Shown: positions 1 through 12,805 of the stretch, piece by piece | How the letters are laid out: every line of letters begins with the position of its first letter | Position numbering within the stretch: position 1 is the stretch's first letter | NCBI GenBank assembly: GCA_951406725.2 | Contig: OX597818.1 | Span: 83,700,001-83,764,000 of the forward strand | DNA: 64,000 nt | Direction: 5' to 3' | DNA from: Octopus vulgaris | Lineage: Eukaryota | The notes under the pieces: model-generated | Told to the model about the DNA's origin: nothing | Database searches by the model: none | What the model saw: the letters and a program-made list of their open reading frames with translations, nothing else | Made by a program: the position numbers and the translations under genes

Positions 1-329
1 ATTTTTTTAAATAGTTATATCAGCAGTATTTAACATCCTGTGTTTCTAACAGCGCTCTTAAAATATTATCTTCGTTATCAGTAGCAAGTGTTTACAGTCA
101 TATGAGCCCTTTATGCAATTTTCCTGTTCTTCAGATGAAAGATTGTTTCTGTCGACACTTTGACGTATCTGCTCACTTATTTAATAACAGGATCTTGTAG
201 GAGTTAAAGCAAGTGCCTGACCCGTGGTTTTTTCACGTATCCGCTTACTTATTTTTAATAACAGGATATATTTCGCTTCATTGATTTACTTTAAAAGCAC
301 GCATTGATTTTAAATTTCGGCACAAATCT

Positions 330-512
330 ACCAATTTCGGCGGGAGGGAGTAAGTTGATTACATTGACCCAAGTGCTCAACTGATACATACTTTATCGAG
401 CCCGAAATGCAAAGCCAACCTCGGCAGTATTTGAAGTTAGAACGCAAAGACGGACGAAAAGCCGCTAAGCATCTTACTCGGAGTGCTAACGATTTTGCCA
501 GCTCTTCGCCTA
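330..512 (-). mobile_element. tRNA-derived SINE, family M (GGCGAGCTGGCAGAATCGTTAGC head; central GACTTTGCCTTTCATCC...GATAAA..AGTACCAG domain, Meta-domain-like)
   Basis: The reverse complement reads ggcgaagagctggcaaaatcgttagcactccgagtaagatgcttagcggc...ttctaacttcaaatactgccgaggttggctttgcatttcgggctcgataaag. The same sequence recurs at ~2245, 8160, 26085-26780, 30370, 46712 and 60345. The superfamily name is from memory and needs a Dfam/SINEBase check. Confidence 0.8.
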
Positions 513-514
513 CT

Positions 515-870
515 TGGAATGCACATGTTATCATATGAAACAATCTGATCATATCTAAGTTTAAAATATGGTATTTTATACGGACTTGTAGAACTTTGTC
601 TTCTCCAGATAACTCCCACTTGCCTTTTCCTGTAATAGCTTCCGTAATAATATCCACCATAATGTCTTCCCATTCCTGTGGAGTCAAACAATTAAATTTT
701 TTTCTTCTATTCAAGGAGTTATCTGATGTCAATTTCTTACTTGCGATACCTTGCTCCAAAAATTATTTATCTTTTTATCACTTGGTGGAATTCCTTAATT
801 TTATTATTTTTCCATTTCATTCCATTCGAAATGGCTTCATTTATCTTCTCCACACGTTCTAGTTTAATTT
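515..870 (-). mobile_element. decayed R4/Dong-like non-LTR retrotransposon, region just upstream of/at the start of RT
   Basis: Frameshifted translation GIPPSDKKINNFWSK...EWEDIMVDIITEAITGKGKWELSGEDKVLQVRIKY resembles the P..FW..I / IT..E...AI....WK.PG.D motif of RLE-type LINEs. Confidence 0.5.
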
Positions 871-1329
871 TGAAACTATTTTATTCGTTTCTCAAACCTC
901 TGTACTATCCGCGCTTTAGATTACACCTCTTAAATAAATATATCTTTAATTATTTCAAAATTCACCTCGTAAGATATTATAAGTCATTTGACTATTTAAT
1001 TGCTTCTGAATTTCTTTATTCGTGCGATATGGCAAATCAGTTCTCTAATTTTAATTAAAGGTATTTAATTTAGAAGTGAGACAGTTTTATAGCCTTCAAT
1101 TATTTTGTTCTCATTCATATACATCAAACACGTTATATTTTGTCTTGTCATTTTAGTGGGCGGCACATAGTGAGAAAGTGCCTGATTATGCCATTTCGTC
1201 TGGCTGAGATTCTCAGCCGTATTATTTCCGTGTTTATTTTCTAATTCTAATTATCGTAGAAATTATTCACCTCGCATAACACTTTAGCATATCATATATC
1301 AACAAGTCTACAATATATATATATATTAT

Positions 1330-1543
1330 AGGCGCAGGCATGGCTGTGTATGTGTGGCAGGGTGTCTTTGTGTTTGTCCGTAACTGGTATTGGCTTTTCT
1401 AGTTCCCCGTAACTTGGTGGACAGACAAAAGATTAAATACCAGATTTAATTAATAAATACTGAGGTTGACTTTTTCGACTAAACCCTTAGTGCCCCAACA
1501 TGACTACAGCCCAATGTTCAAAACAAATAAAAGATAAAAGATA
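1330..1543 (+). mobile_element. CORE-type tRNA SINE, family C (OR2-like), internally deleted
   Basis: Starts aggcgcaggcatggctgtgt and ends ...gtgccccaacatgactacagcccaatgttcaaaacaaataaaagataaaag; matches the full copies at 51530 and 57680. Confidence 0.75.
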
Positions 1544-1979
1544 TATTACTTTAACTCATACACATAGGATATTGGAAATGTCAACACCTTTAGAAGCCAA
1601 CAGATTTTCTTGGACTCAGTAACTGAATCATCATGGTTGCTAGCCAGTAGGGAATGTGGAAAAAAATTAGCAGCATGCAATGAAATTAATATTAAAATTA
1701 ATACCACTGCTGGGAATTGTATCAAGGTGCAATTGTTGTCACAACAGCAATTGTTATTAATGTTTATATAAACAAATATTTCATTTGGTTAAAAACAAAA
1801 GAGCCAACTAACATTAATCTATCGCTTGTGGTGTGTTTTAGACAAAAACAACTACTGAGATCATAAGCAATGTTTTTGAAAACTAAATTTTTATTGATTC
1901 GGAAAAACAATTTTATTTCTTTTTATCATGATAAATTTCCTTCATCATTTTCTTTTCTTTTTGTTATTCTTCCGACCTT

Positions 1980-2195
1980 ATTATTACTATTCGATTTGAC
2001 TGAGGTTTTTCCTTATTCCTATGTGAGTATCAGGTCATATGGGTAGTGAGTCATGTGGGTTGCGGGTTAATACCTGCACCCTTAGATATCCACAAGCTTT
2101 CAATAATATTGCAACTGCTCAAAACACTTCTAATAATCTTTCCTGTCCCTAAGAGGCAAAGTTTCTCTAGAAGCATAAGCTTTAGCTATTTGGTC
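1980..2195 (-). mobile_element. 3' end of R4/Dong-like LINE (ORF end, 3' UTR, (AAT)n tail)
   Basis: Minus-strand LEKLCLLGTGKIIRSVL matches the LQK..LLGT..I.R.VL terminus seen in the other RLE LINE pieces; followed by a UTR and an aatagtaataataa tail. Confidence 0.6.
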
Positions 2196-2244
2196 AGACG
2201 GTGTCTATTGCCAATAATTCTTTCTACTATAAGTAGATGGTTTG

Positions 2245-2430
2245 AAATTTTGGAAGCGGCGTAGTGGATTACATCGTCCCCAGTACATGACTGATAATTA
2301 TTTTATCGAATCTGAAAAGATATAAAGTGAAGTCATCCCGGCCAAATTTTGAATTAGAACGTAAAACCGGAAGAAATGCCACTAAGCATTTTGTCCGGCG
2401 TGCTTGCAATTCTGTCAGCTTGCCGCCTTG
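2245..2430 (-). mobile_element. SINE family M copy
   Basis: Homologous to 330-512 (gaattagaacgtaaaaccggaagaaatgccactaagcattttgtccggcgtgc...tcagcttgccgcc). Confidence 0.8.
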
Positions 2431-3464
2431 CCCATTTCCACTAACTATTGGTAGAATAGGTACGATGAAATTTAAAACATTATGGAAATAATAAAAGACA
2501 TAACAAAGTAGTTAATGGAATCTAAAATGTAAAATAAATTGTCAAAAGAAAATTGTATTACCTATTTTTACAACGAGTATTGGATACAATAGACTTTCAA
2601 TTCAGGCATTCAAACTACTTTTTATACATACTGATATTCAAACTATATTTTGTACACATTGATATACAAACTATATTCTACACACATATACGACAATATT
2701 ATGCGCATACTGATACACTAAGTCTATTCTACTACATATTGAGATATAATGTTTTTGTTTTTTTTTTTACATTTGGTCTTTATTTAGAAAGAAAAGAAGA
2801 CCATATATTTTTTAGCGATTTAAAAACTTTTTCATGATCGTTGTCCAATATAACAATGACAGATAAGAAAAATGGAGCCCAATGCAGAATATAAACTAAA
2901 ATATTTTTCGATGTATGTTGGAGTAGGCTATACGTGATATCGGGAAATTTTTTCATAAAGCCTTCAAAATTTTTGTTAATAAGGAATATGATTCAAGATA
3001 ATGGCATTGATTTTTATGTTGTGAATAGATCACGAGTAAGTTATTGAACAGTTGAATAGTACGCATTTCTTTTCTTTCTTGGTTCTTTTAAAAATTCACA
3101 TCAACGTAATCGTAATCTAAACGTGCGAGGGAATCTATTTTACTTCATAATTTCATTAAAAAAGACGTTAGATAATTAAGAAAGTTTAAAAGAAAGCGAA
3201 ATAAACGGGGCACTAAACTATAGTTATGGTTCTCTTTTTCCCACTCAGCCCAACTCTCCCTATAATTATGTATGAGATGTAAAGTAGATAAAAACATATT
3301 AATTCTTCACATCCTCCTTTTACTGGTCAATTTTAGGTTTCTCAATTTAATTTCACACCACATTACTCTACCTTCGCCTTGATATTACGACCATCTCATA
3401 CTGTCACACTCCCACTCTTGCAATACATCTTCAAAAGTCCGACTTCAATCTTATTAGCATATAT

Positions 3465-3661
3465 TTTATCTAAAACTTGTTTCGGTCACTGGACTGCAGC
3501 CATGCTAGAGCACTGTCTTTGAGTCAAACAAATCGACCCGACTATTTATTTAAGTCTGGTACATATTCTGTTTTTTTTTTTTTTTGTTTAACCGAATTAC
3601 GAAGCGATGGACACATAAAAATCCAACTGCTGTTGTGAAGTGCCCGTGAGCAAAATCAAAT

Positions 3662-3722
<61 letters not shown>

Positions 3723-3770
3723 ACACACTCTCTCTCTCTCTCTCACTCACACACACACAAACACACACAC
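3465..3770 (-). mobile_element. SINE family C 3' half plus (CA)n/(CT)n microsatellite
   Basis: cttgtttcggtcactggactgcagccatgctagagcac...aatcgacccg is the reverse of the family C tail; the (CA)n starts at ~3665. Confidence 0.7.
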
Positions 3771-3799
3771 ATATAACTTATATAATAAATATATCAACA

Positions 3800-4770
3800 A
3801 GATAAATTTAGAGATTTCTCCGTAGATTTAAAGGAATAATGGACAAAATTAATCCCTACTCGAAACTTATTAGGTTCACATCAGAGATGTCTACATCAGT
3901 TTGATCAATCTCCGAGAAATAAGCAGCCAGTCTGCTTAAATACACATCAACATACAGAGAGTATAGCACTACATAAATAATATAAGTAGGTATATTTTTC
4001 GATTAAATTTCCTATCATAGCACACTGTAAGACACCATTCTGTATATCTTAACGTGGCTATAGTATCGAAAGCCCTAAAATGGCGGTATTTATCTTGAGA
4101 AAGCTTCTCGTAAAGATGTATAGTACTAATAAATGACAGAGATATTTCAATAGCAGAAGAAGGCATCCAGCAACAGTGATGGGATTGCTAAATGAAGATT
4201 TCTGTATCTCTGCACATCATCAGTAGCAAGTATCCACTATCAACTGCACGCTTAGTCTAATTCCGCTTCTAATGATATAGGAAAACAGTGATTAACAAGT
4301 CATTGGTGTCGCAAATAGCTGGTGGGTTGGATAAAAATTAGCTATTACGGACAGAAGCCACAAAACTGCATTATTTTTCTTTAAAAGGCAAAGCTCTCCT
4401 ATAGTCCTGCAGTGCAATAAAGTATAGTATTCTGTGGATTACGTCTCCAGCAATTCCATTTCAAATGATCTACTGTTCATTTGTTTATAAAGCTAAAATT
4501 ATTGCATTTGTATGCATGGTTCTCATACGGGAAATATTTGAAAGGATGCGAGGTTATCTAGTTTACATCATGCATTAGGTGTGTTCTTAATTATACAGGT
4601 TTATAGTAAATTGTCTATCAAGCAATAGTTTAATACGACAGAAATTTTCGAGGTTATGTTTTGGCTGGTTTAATTAACTGCATGTAAGAGAATGGGTCAT
4701 ACACTTTTCTTCAGCATTGGTGCCATAGATTTGCTTGACATGCTTACAAACCACATCCATACATTTCTCC
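3800..4770 (-). mobile_element. possible ancient LINE reverse-transcriptase remnant
   Basis: Scattered minus-strand peptides (APMLKKSV, FRAFDTIA, CPLFL*IY) lie in the order expected for the PIPKKG, KAFDTV and SPLLFNIY RT motifs, with many stops. Weak. Confidence 0.3.
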
Positions 4771-4845
4771 TTAGTAGTTACTCAGTCATTTATATCTGAA
4801 TATTGAGTTAATTTCAATGTGTATATGACTCATGTTAAGAGTATA

Positions 4846-5062
4846 CGAGGTGGTGCTGAAATTTTCATGGCCTTAAGTGTATAGCGAGAGGCCTAGTTCG
4901 AGGCCCGACATTCCGAGTTCTTTCACAGGGCTTAGAAAAACTGAAGGGCCACTGCAACAAGTGTGCAAATCTCAGAGAGGAATATATTGAGTAAAATCAT
5001 TATTAACTGGTCCTCCTGTATTTTCTATTCCCCAAAGCCAGGAACTTTTCACTGCCCCCTCC
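4846..5062 (+). mobile_element. mariner-derived MITE
   Basis: TIRs are TA-CGAGGTGGTGCTGAAATTTTCATGGC and GCCAGGAACTTTTCACTGCCCCCTCC-TA. The internal QGLEKLKGHCNKCANLREEYIE* is a mariner transposase C-terminus. Confidence 0.85.
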
Positions 5063-5650
5063 TAAGTCCTTGTGTAATACTGAGCGACTCTATTTTATAA
5101 TTTAGTGACTCTACACTGAAGTACATCTCTTCCTTTTATTCTGAGTATTGGTTCCTTAAAACTCTGATAAATCAGCAAGAAACAGATCATTCACACACAC
5201 TTTGAACATGGAACAAATGGTAAATGTATTGAAGCAAAAATCCAATCACAGCAGTGTTATTTCCCTGCAGAGAATTCATTCGTCTTTGTCATTTGTCAGA
5301 ATCAGAGACCTTCGTATTCGAATGAATTTCAGATTTATTAACACCAAACTTGCAGCCCACAACAGTGAAGATTCGATCATCACGTATATTCTCGATCACA
5401 TCCAAATTAACCTGTGGAGAAATACACTCGTTTGCGTAGTTTGTCTGGAGCAGGTGCCTCTAAATTTTAATTTTTTGTTTTCTCTAGTCCGACGTTGGTA
5501 GGTACATGTACGTAAACCTATATAAATATATTAGAAATAGATAGCCTTGCAGTACGGTCATGTAAGCACAATTAGACGAAGGTAAGCAATGTGATTGATC
5601 AGTGTGGCACGAATTTACTGTACAAACAGAATCTTTAACTAATAGCCAAC

Positions 5651-5809
5651 CCGTGTGTTCACAGATAAAGCCGTAATATCCATAACAGGGTTCAAAAAGG
5701 AGCAATGCGTATTTTTCTGAATTAGCGGTGAGAAAATCCGTGATAAACGAGGCTACATGTATATGGTAAAATTGGAGTACACATTGTGAGTCGAAATCGA
5801 TAACAGAAA
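5651..5809 (-). CDS. candidate exon encoding the C-terminal half of a divergent C-type lectin-like domain
   Basis: 159 nt between an AG (5811-5810) and a GT (5650-5649), phase 1-1. It encodes SVIDFDSQCVLQFYHIHVASFITDFLTANSEKYALLLFEPCYGYYGFICEHT, with QCV and C-x7-C/FICE like a CTLD terminus. No partner exon was found. Confidence 0.33.
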
Positions 5810-6269
5810 CTATAATACATGTAATATATCCATAATAACTTATTTCTTTTTTGGTTTAGCATCGTTTTGACATAGTCTAAAAATATTCATGTCAGGTACA
5901 CTGAATATGTCTCTTTACAATAAATTCTACATTGTGAGAAGAGTGACATGTTTTCAGCACATTATTTCGTCTTCCGCGAGATAGTGATCTTTCTTTGAAA
6001 ATGTTATATCAACACGTAACACATACTCTCACAGACATACACACTCAAACACACACACACTAAAAAAAAATGCATATGTATAGTAGAACTACAGAGTAGT
6101 AGTAATAGTAGTAGTAATGGTATTAGTAGTAGTAAAGGTGATGGATATGGTGGTGGTAGCAGCGGAAGCAGCAGTAGCAGTAGAGAGTATGAATATCATT
6201 TATGAACAAAGACGGCGCTTAAAGTTAAAAAATGTATTTATGCATGGATACGTTCATACACCTAAATAT

Positions 6270-6650
6270 TTGTGTTATACGTACATACACACATAGACAC
6301 ACATAATATTCCCACGTATATATGTATATACGTACCTACACACATAAACACATACAAACACACATATATACACATATGTAAGAGTCTTACGCATGCAAAT
6401 ACCTATATATATTATGTATGTTTGTATTAGAGATAGGTAAATATACTTAATGTATGCATACATAATAGATTATACGATACACATACATATATATATATAA
6501 ATGTATATAATTATATGCGCATGCATCTATCTATATCTATATATATACATATGTATATGTATACATATATATCTACATATACATATACATGTATATGTAC
6601 ATATATGTATATATATATGTATATATACATATACATATGTATATGTACGT

Positions 6651-6683
<33 letters not shown>

Positions 6684-6857
6684 CATATACACACACATAT
6701 ATCGATACACGCCCATAGACATAAAATCGCACGAGTCTCACCCCTCTCATAGACTTTTTGTATACACGTACATATCCATACGTGAATATTTTTTATGTAC
6801 TTATAAATATATGTATTTATATATATATAACGCGCGCAGACACAGACATACACACAC

Positions 6858-6900
<43 letters not shown>

Positions 6901-6940
6901 TATATATATACATATATATATACATATATATACATATGTT
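6270..6940. repeat. degenerate (TA)n/(CA)n/(TACA)n low-complexity tract
   Basis: Direct inspection; source of several spurious YI/HT/CV ORFs. Confidence 0.95.
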
Positions 6941-7039
6941 AGCGCATATACTGTTTCTGTCTATATTACACTTATATATGTAAAAAGTCCATCGACCAAA
7001 AAACTGCCTCCTCCCCCATTCCGCCTACTACTTCACCAA

Positions 7040-8055
<1,016 letters not shown>

Positions 8056-8159
8056 GGCCTTGGTGGCGATTATATTTTTCCATAGGCGTATCAATCGCGT
8101 ATGATAATTATTGCTATTCCGGATGTTGGTATTGTCGTGATGAAACCGGCAATCTGGAA

Positions 8160-8355
8160 GAAGTGTTAGCAAAGCGGGCCAAATTCTTAGTGGCAATTCC
8201 TTCCTCTTTACGTTTTAAGTTCAAATTCCACCGAGGGAAGACAACATTTCCGTTCTATCTTGCTCGCGCTCTATAAAATAAGTATCAGTATAATACTGGA
8301 TTTGAAGTAATAGATTTGTCCCTTCCTTCAGCATCTGCTGGCCGTGTGTAAAAAT
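8160..8355 (+). mobile_element. SINE family M copy, decayed
   Basis: gttagcaaagcgggccaaattcttagtggc...tttacgttttaagttcaaattccaccgagg...aaataagtatcagt. Confidence 0.7.
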
Positions 8356-8403
8356 TACAGACTGCTACTAATAATAATACCACTACCACCACAGCCTCTG
8401 TTG

Positions 8404-8462
<59 letters not shown>

Positions 8463-8964
8463 GAGTGAGAGAGCAGTGCATGCCATCAAAGTGACACTGG
8501 GGTAAAATATACGAAGCCCAGTATACCCATCATGACTACCCGTCTGATAAGGGTACACTAAGCACATGCATCATAACCATATGTGCGCGACATGGTGATC
8601 TCATATCAATATAAACAGCACATGACCTTGCAGTTGGGGCCCAGTTAGAATTTTCTTCAGGTCGAGTAACCCATCCCACTCGAAAGGTCCCTGAATAAGG
8701 GTTGTTTAAGGATGTTGAACGAAACACACATGTTTCCAGAGGTGAATTATTCAAACCCCAAAGAATCCCTCTCAACACATGGCTATGATGCTCCCCCACT
8801 ACTTCTGCTCGTGATCAGAGATGCACATATCGTCAGCCACTAAGGGACATGCTCAACTGGTTAAGGTCAAACAACTGACAAGCAAATCTGTGGTATTGGG
8901 CAGAATATTTGCTGTAGCCCATCTTTTATACCAAGACAAAACAACGTACATGATAACACTTCCA
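8463..8964 (-). mobile_element. ~500-bp non-coding retroposon-like element with (AAT)n tail, embedded in (ATT)n
   Basis: A near-identical second copy lies at 44920-45392 and a fragment at 37392-37558. Both full copies have ATT repeats on each side. No convincing ORF and no A/B boxes are visible. Confidence 0.85.
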
Positions 8965-9027
8965 ATTATTATTATTATCATCATCATCATCATCATCATT
9001 ATTATTATTATTATAATTATTATTATC

Positions 9028-9150
9028 TTTTTTTTCTTCTTTCAAATTTGCTTCCATTTCTTGCCAAGTGTCTTCCCGACTCCTAGGGCAAAGAAACTCA
9101 TAGTATACATTGGTAGGCCATTAAACTAAACTCACTAGTTCGTTCATTTT
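9028..9150 (-). mobile_element. short LINE-like 3' UTR fragment with A-rich/(AAT)n tail
   Basis: The minus strand ends ...ggaagcaaatttgaaagaagaaaaaaaagataataataat, between two (ATT)n tracts. Confidence 0.45.
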
Positions 9151-9159
9151 TTAAAAAAA

Positions 9160-9213
<54 letters not shown>

Positions 9214-9216
<3 letters not shown>

Positions 9217-9759
9217 TAGTCTTATCTTTTTCATGTGCTTTCCCCACACTACCGAGCGCAGTGCTATGTGCCTTGAGCATGTGTTGTGGTTTGTTCTGGT
9301 GCTTTTAATTTCACTGTATTGAAAGTGTTTTACATGGGATGTGTGCAGTGCCTAGTAGTACTATATTTTGTACGATATATATACTTGTAAGTCCTGATGT
9401 TTTTGTTATGCATTTGTCTGAATGTTTTTTATCATACGTAATGCGCGTATTATGAGAGGAATTGTTTCTGTTTTAGGCTCCACATTCGAGTTACCTCTAT
9501 TTCCAGATCTTTGCATTTTCAAAGTTTCTCCGTTTCTCTTATAGAAACATTGGCATCTGTTGGTACTGATATATCGATTAGGAAGCATTTTTCTTTTCTT
9601 GGTGATCTCTGACAACTATATCCGGCCTATTGGCCTTAATTTCTCTATCTTTGTGTGTAGGTATATCCCATAGTATGGTTGCTTTCTTATTTTCTGTGAC
9701 CTTTTCTGGCGTGTTCGTACACCATCGTATTTCCGTTGTTATTCCATAGTGTTGGCATG

Positions 9760-9760
<1 letters not shown>
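9214..9760 (-). mobile_element. R4/Dong-clade LINE 3' fragment (restriction-like endonuclease domain), 5'-truncated
   Basis: CQHYGITTEIRW..TPEKVTENKKATILWDIPTHKDREIKANRPDIVVRD..CFLIDISVP...LLGTAHI..TLSIQ* (stop at ~9311), then a UTR and (AAT)n tail. PD...D RLE motif present; frameshifted. Confidence 0.9.
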
Positions 9761-9824
<64 letters not shown>

Positions 9825-10620
9825 GGTGTTGTTGTTGTTGTTGTTATTAGTAGTAGTAGTATTAATATTATTATTTCTCTTTTCATATTGTTCATTTTCC
9901 CTTTATGTATATATTTAGTGCATTTATTCCTCGTAGTATTATCGTTGGCTACAGTGGAGGTGAAGTTGATGTTGATTTAATTATTATTAGCAGTTTTTTT
10001 TTCTTTCTTTTCGTTATTGCTAACTCTGAAGTAGAAATTCTATCGGTCGTTGTTATTCCTGTTGTTGTTCTTCATTCTGATGTTATTGTTGAGTTAGTCA
10101 CGGTGATGATGATGATTGTGTAGTAACGGCAATCATAGTGATGTTGTTATTGCGATTATCATTTTTAGATTTTTGGCATCCCTGCCAGAATTTATTTTGG
10201 AAAGTTGTTCTCTTTTATCCGCGCTGCCATTTCGACCGTTCCCTAACTGAATCAATGGACAATATAGAGAAGTATGGCATTGTTTGCAATTGTATATATC
10301 TCCATCTATACAAGTCACAGTTTCAGTATTTCTCTTCTGACGTCTGCGCATGCGCAAACATATGCGTATACGCACAACACTAATAACGTATATGTTATAC
10401 AAGCCTTTCTATCAACGCACACGCACGCACATACACACACATATATATATACACTTACATGTATATGTGGGTGCTTACATGCACATTTAGAATAATATAT
10501 ATTCATATATACACATATATATGACTATGCTTGTATTGAAAGATATTCCATTGATACAAGTAACGGTTGAAATATGTTTATCAAATTGTCAGAACATAGA
10601 TATCAGTTATAATTATATTG

Positions 10621-10691
<71 letters not shown>

Positions 10692-10913
10692 CATACATGC
10701 ATATATATATTAGTGTGTATATAAATGTATATGTATATATATATGAATGCATACATACATACGTACACATACACACACACACATATATATATACATGCAT
10801 GTTTATAATTATTATAAATGTACATCACTGCATATTATGTAATTATGTAGGTTTACATACATGCTAAGAAATACACGAAGACACACATATATGTATTATA
10901 TATATGTATACAA

Positions 10914-10961
<48 letters not shown>

Positions 10962-11110
10962 ATGTATGTACATATATATATATATCTATATATAAATATA
11001 TTTATGTATATATATTTGTATCTAGGGAGAATTCACAAAAAAATACAAAAGACGAAGACAGGTGGTGTAGACAACAAACAAATGTCTATAACGCTCGGGA
11101 AGTGAAAATG

Positions 11111-11148
11111 TCTTTAACGTTTCGAGCCTACGCTCTTCCACAGAAAGA
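11111..11148 (-). ncRNA. minimal type I hammerhead ribozyme-like motif (variant core)
   Basis: 5'-UCUUU-CUGUGGA-A-GAGC(GUAG)GCUC-GAA-ACGU-U^AAAGA. Stem I is UCUUU/AAAGA, stem II is GAGC/GCUC, stem III is the palindrome ACGU, and the NUH site is GUU. Confidence 0.65.
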
Positions 11149-11329
11149 AACGCAGAAAGAAACAAAGAGAGAAAATAAACAATGTGTAGGGGCTGGCGAT
11201 CTAGCATGGCGGAATATATGTATATACATATATATATTGCTTCTACTATATCTTGATTTTTATGACTATACAAGCTATGACTATACTAACTCTGTCTGTC
11301 TGCTCCCTCATAAAAATCAAGAAGCGATA

Positions 11330-11492
11330 ACCCAACCTCACAACCTGGCTCGATCCCCTGCTCCTGCCAACGCTACCGCACTTGCCCTTACATCTCCAGC
11401 ACCACCCTCCTCACCGGGACCCATCATCGACCCTATCATATCACCGACTCCTTCACCTGCACTTCTACCAATGCCATCTACTGTATCTCCTG

Positions 11493-11524
<32 letters not shown>

Positions 11525-11760
11525 CTTTCTCTATACATCACGCAAACGGGACACCGCTTGGCTGACCGGTTTGCAGGACACCTCCGAGACATCCTACTCA
11601 GCAATGACACCCCGGTCTCGCGCCATTTCCGCTCTACCGGTCACTCTTTGAAACACTTCTGTGTGTTCGGATTGTCCTTGTACAAGGGCCATCTGGACTC
11701 CCGTGTTTGTCGTGAACAGGGATTAATCTTCTCTCTTCGCTTCTTTGCGCCACATGGCTC
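11330..11760 (+). pseudogene. Penelope-type GIY-YIG endonuclease C-terminal remnant
   Basis: PCSCQRYRTCPYI...DSFTCTSTNAIYCISC, then a (CT)n frameshift, then CLSLYITQTGHRLADRFAGHLRDI..NDTPVSRHF..GHS...REQGLIFSL..APHG. This is a Cys-rich linker plus GIY-YIG motifs. Confidence 0.9.
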
Positions 11761-12707
11761 ACCTCTCCTCTCTTCTTCAACTAAGACTCCTTCCCTCTCC
11801 TCTCTTTCTCTCACACCTACTTCTTCCCATCAACTTCTCCTCTCTTGCTCCAACTCCTACTTCTCCAATGCTACTCTCGCCTTTTCTGTTCATTCCTACT
11901 CACCTTCTCCCTTCCCCCTCCTCCTTCATCGTCACCACTCCCTCGTAACCCCACCCCTGCACAATCCAACACCACCTTCCCTATCAATCCCATCCCACTC
12001 ACCCCACCTCTTACACCCACTCCCACATACCCCACCTCTACCCCACCCTCAGCCTAATCCACACCACACCCTTTCTTTCGCCACACTTGTCTCCCCCACA
12101 CACCACACACCACCAGACCATACACCACAATACCACACAACACCACATCACATCACCACGTACACACTAGCACTGACCAATTCCCAACCCCCACCATTGT
12201 CCACATACCTACACATGTATACACGAACACGTTAAGGTCACCAGCCCTCTTCCACACGCACATAATGCTCTCTTATACGCACGCATTCGCACATTTATTT
12301 TCGGATCATCACTACTTTATTATCTCCCCTTCTTCCTAGCACTCCAGTGTTACCCCTCTGTCCGGCATTCGCCATGAGAGATCGCTAACTTCTATACATT
12401 CCTTATTTTCTCTCCTTGTTTCTTTTTATGTTCCTTTCTGTAGAAGAGCGTGAAAGACTTTTCACTTCCCGAGCGTTAAACTAATACATCTGTTTGTTGT
12501 CTACACCATCTGTCTTCGACTTTTGTTATTTTTTGTGAATTCTCTCTATGTGTATATATACACGTATGCCTAAGTGCGTACACACTTTGCCTTAAATACA
12601 TGCAATATACATAAGCATATATACATATATATAAACACACACACACATATATAGATATAGATATAGATATATACACATATATATACATGCATATATATAT
12701 GTATACA

Positions 12708-12757
<50 letters not shown>

Positions 12758-12805
12758 ATGTATATATATATATGTATTTATATATATATATATCATATAT
12801 CATAT

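Larger units (their letters stand above)
11024..12547 (+). mobile_element. Penelope-like element remnant: GIY-YIG fragment flanked by inverted ~190-bp pseudo-LTR copies
   Basis: 11024-11215 is the reverse complement of 12365-12547 (agggagaattcacaaaa...ggtggtgtagacaacaaaca...cgctcgggaagtgaaaa). The GIY-YIG coding remnant lies between them. The two arms are diverged and could be independent insertions. Confidence 0.75.

Noticed and set aside
437-691. Gly/Tyr-rich peptide GMGRHYGGYYYGSYYRKR as a neuropeptide or structural exon
   Set aside because: The alternative frame fits an R4/Dong LINE motif better, and the ORF runs into a SINE.
1568-1730. Plus-strand SSWLLASRECGKKLA resembling a lectin N-terminal half
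   Set aside because: It is on the opposite strand to the 5651-5809 candidate and has no WIGL-like motif; probably chance.
10904-12235. 443-aa ORF as an intact gene
   Set aside because: It is a read-through of (TA)n, an antisense pLTR, a frameshifted GIY-YIG remnant and C-rich low-complexity DNA.
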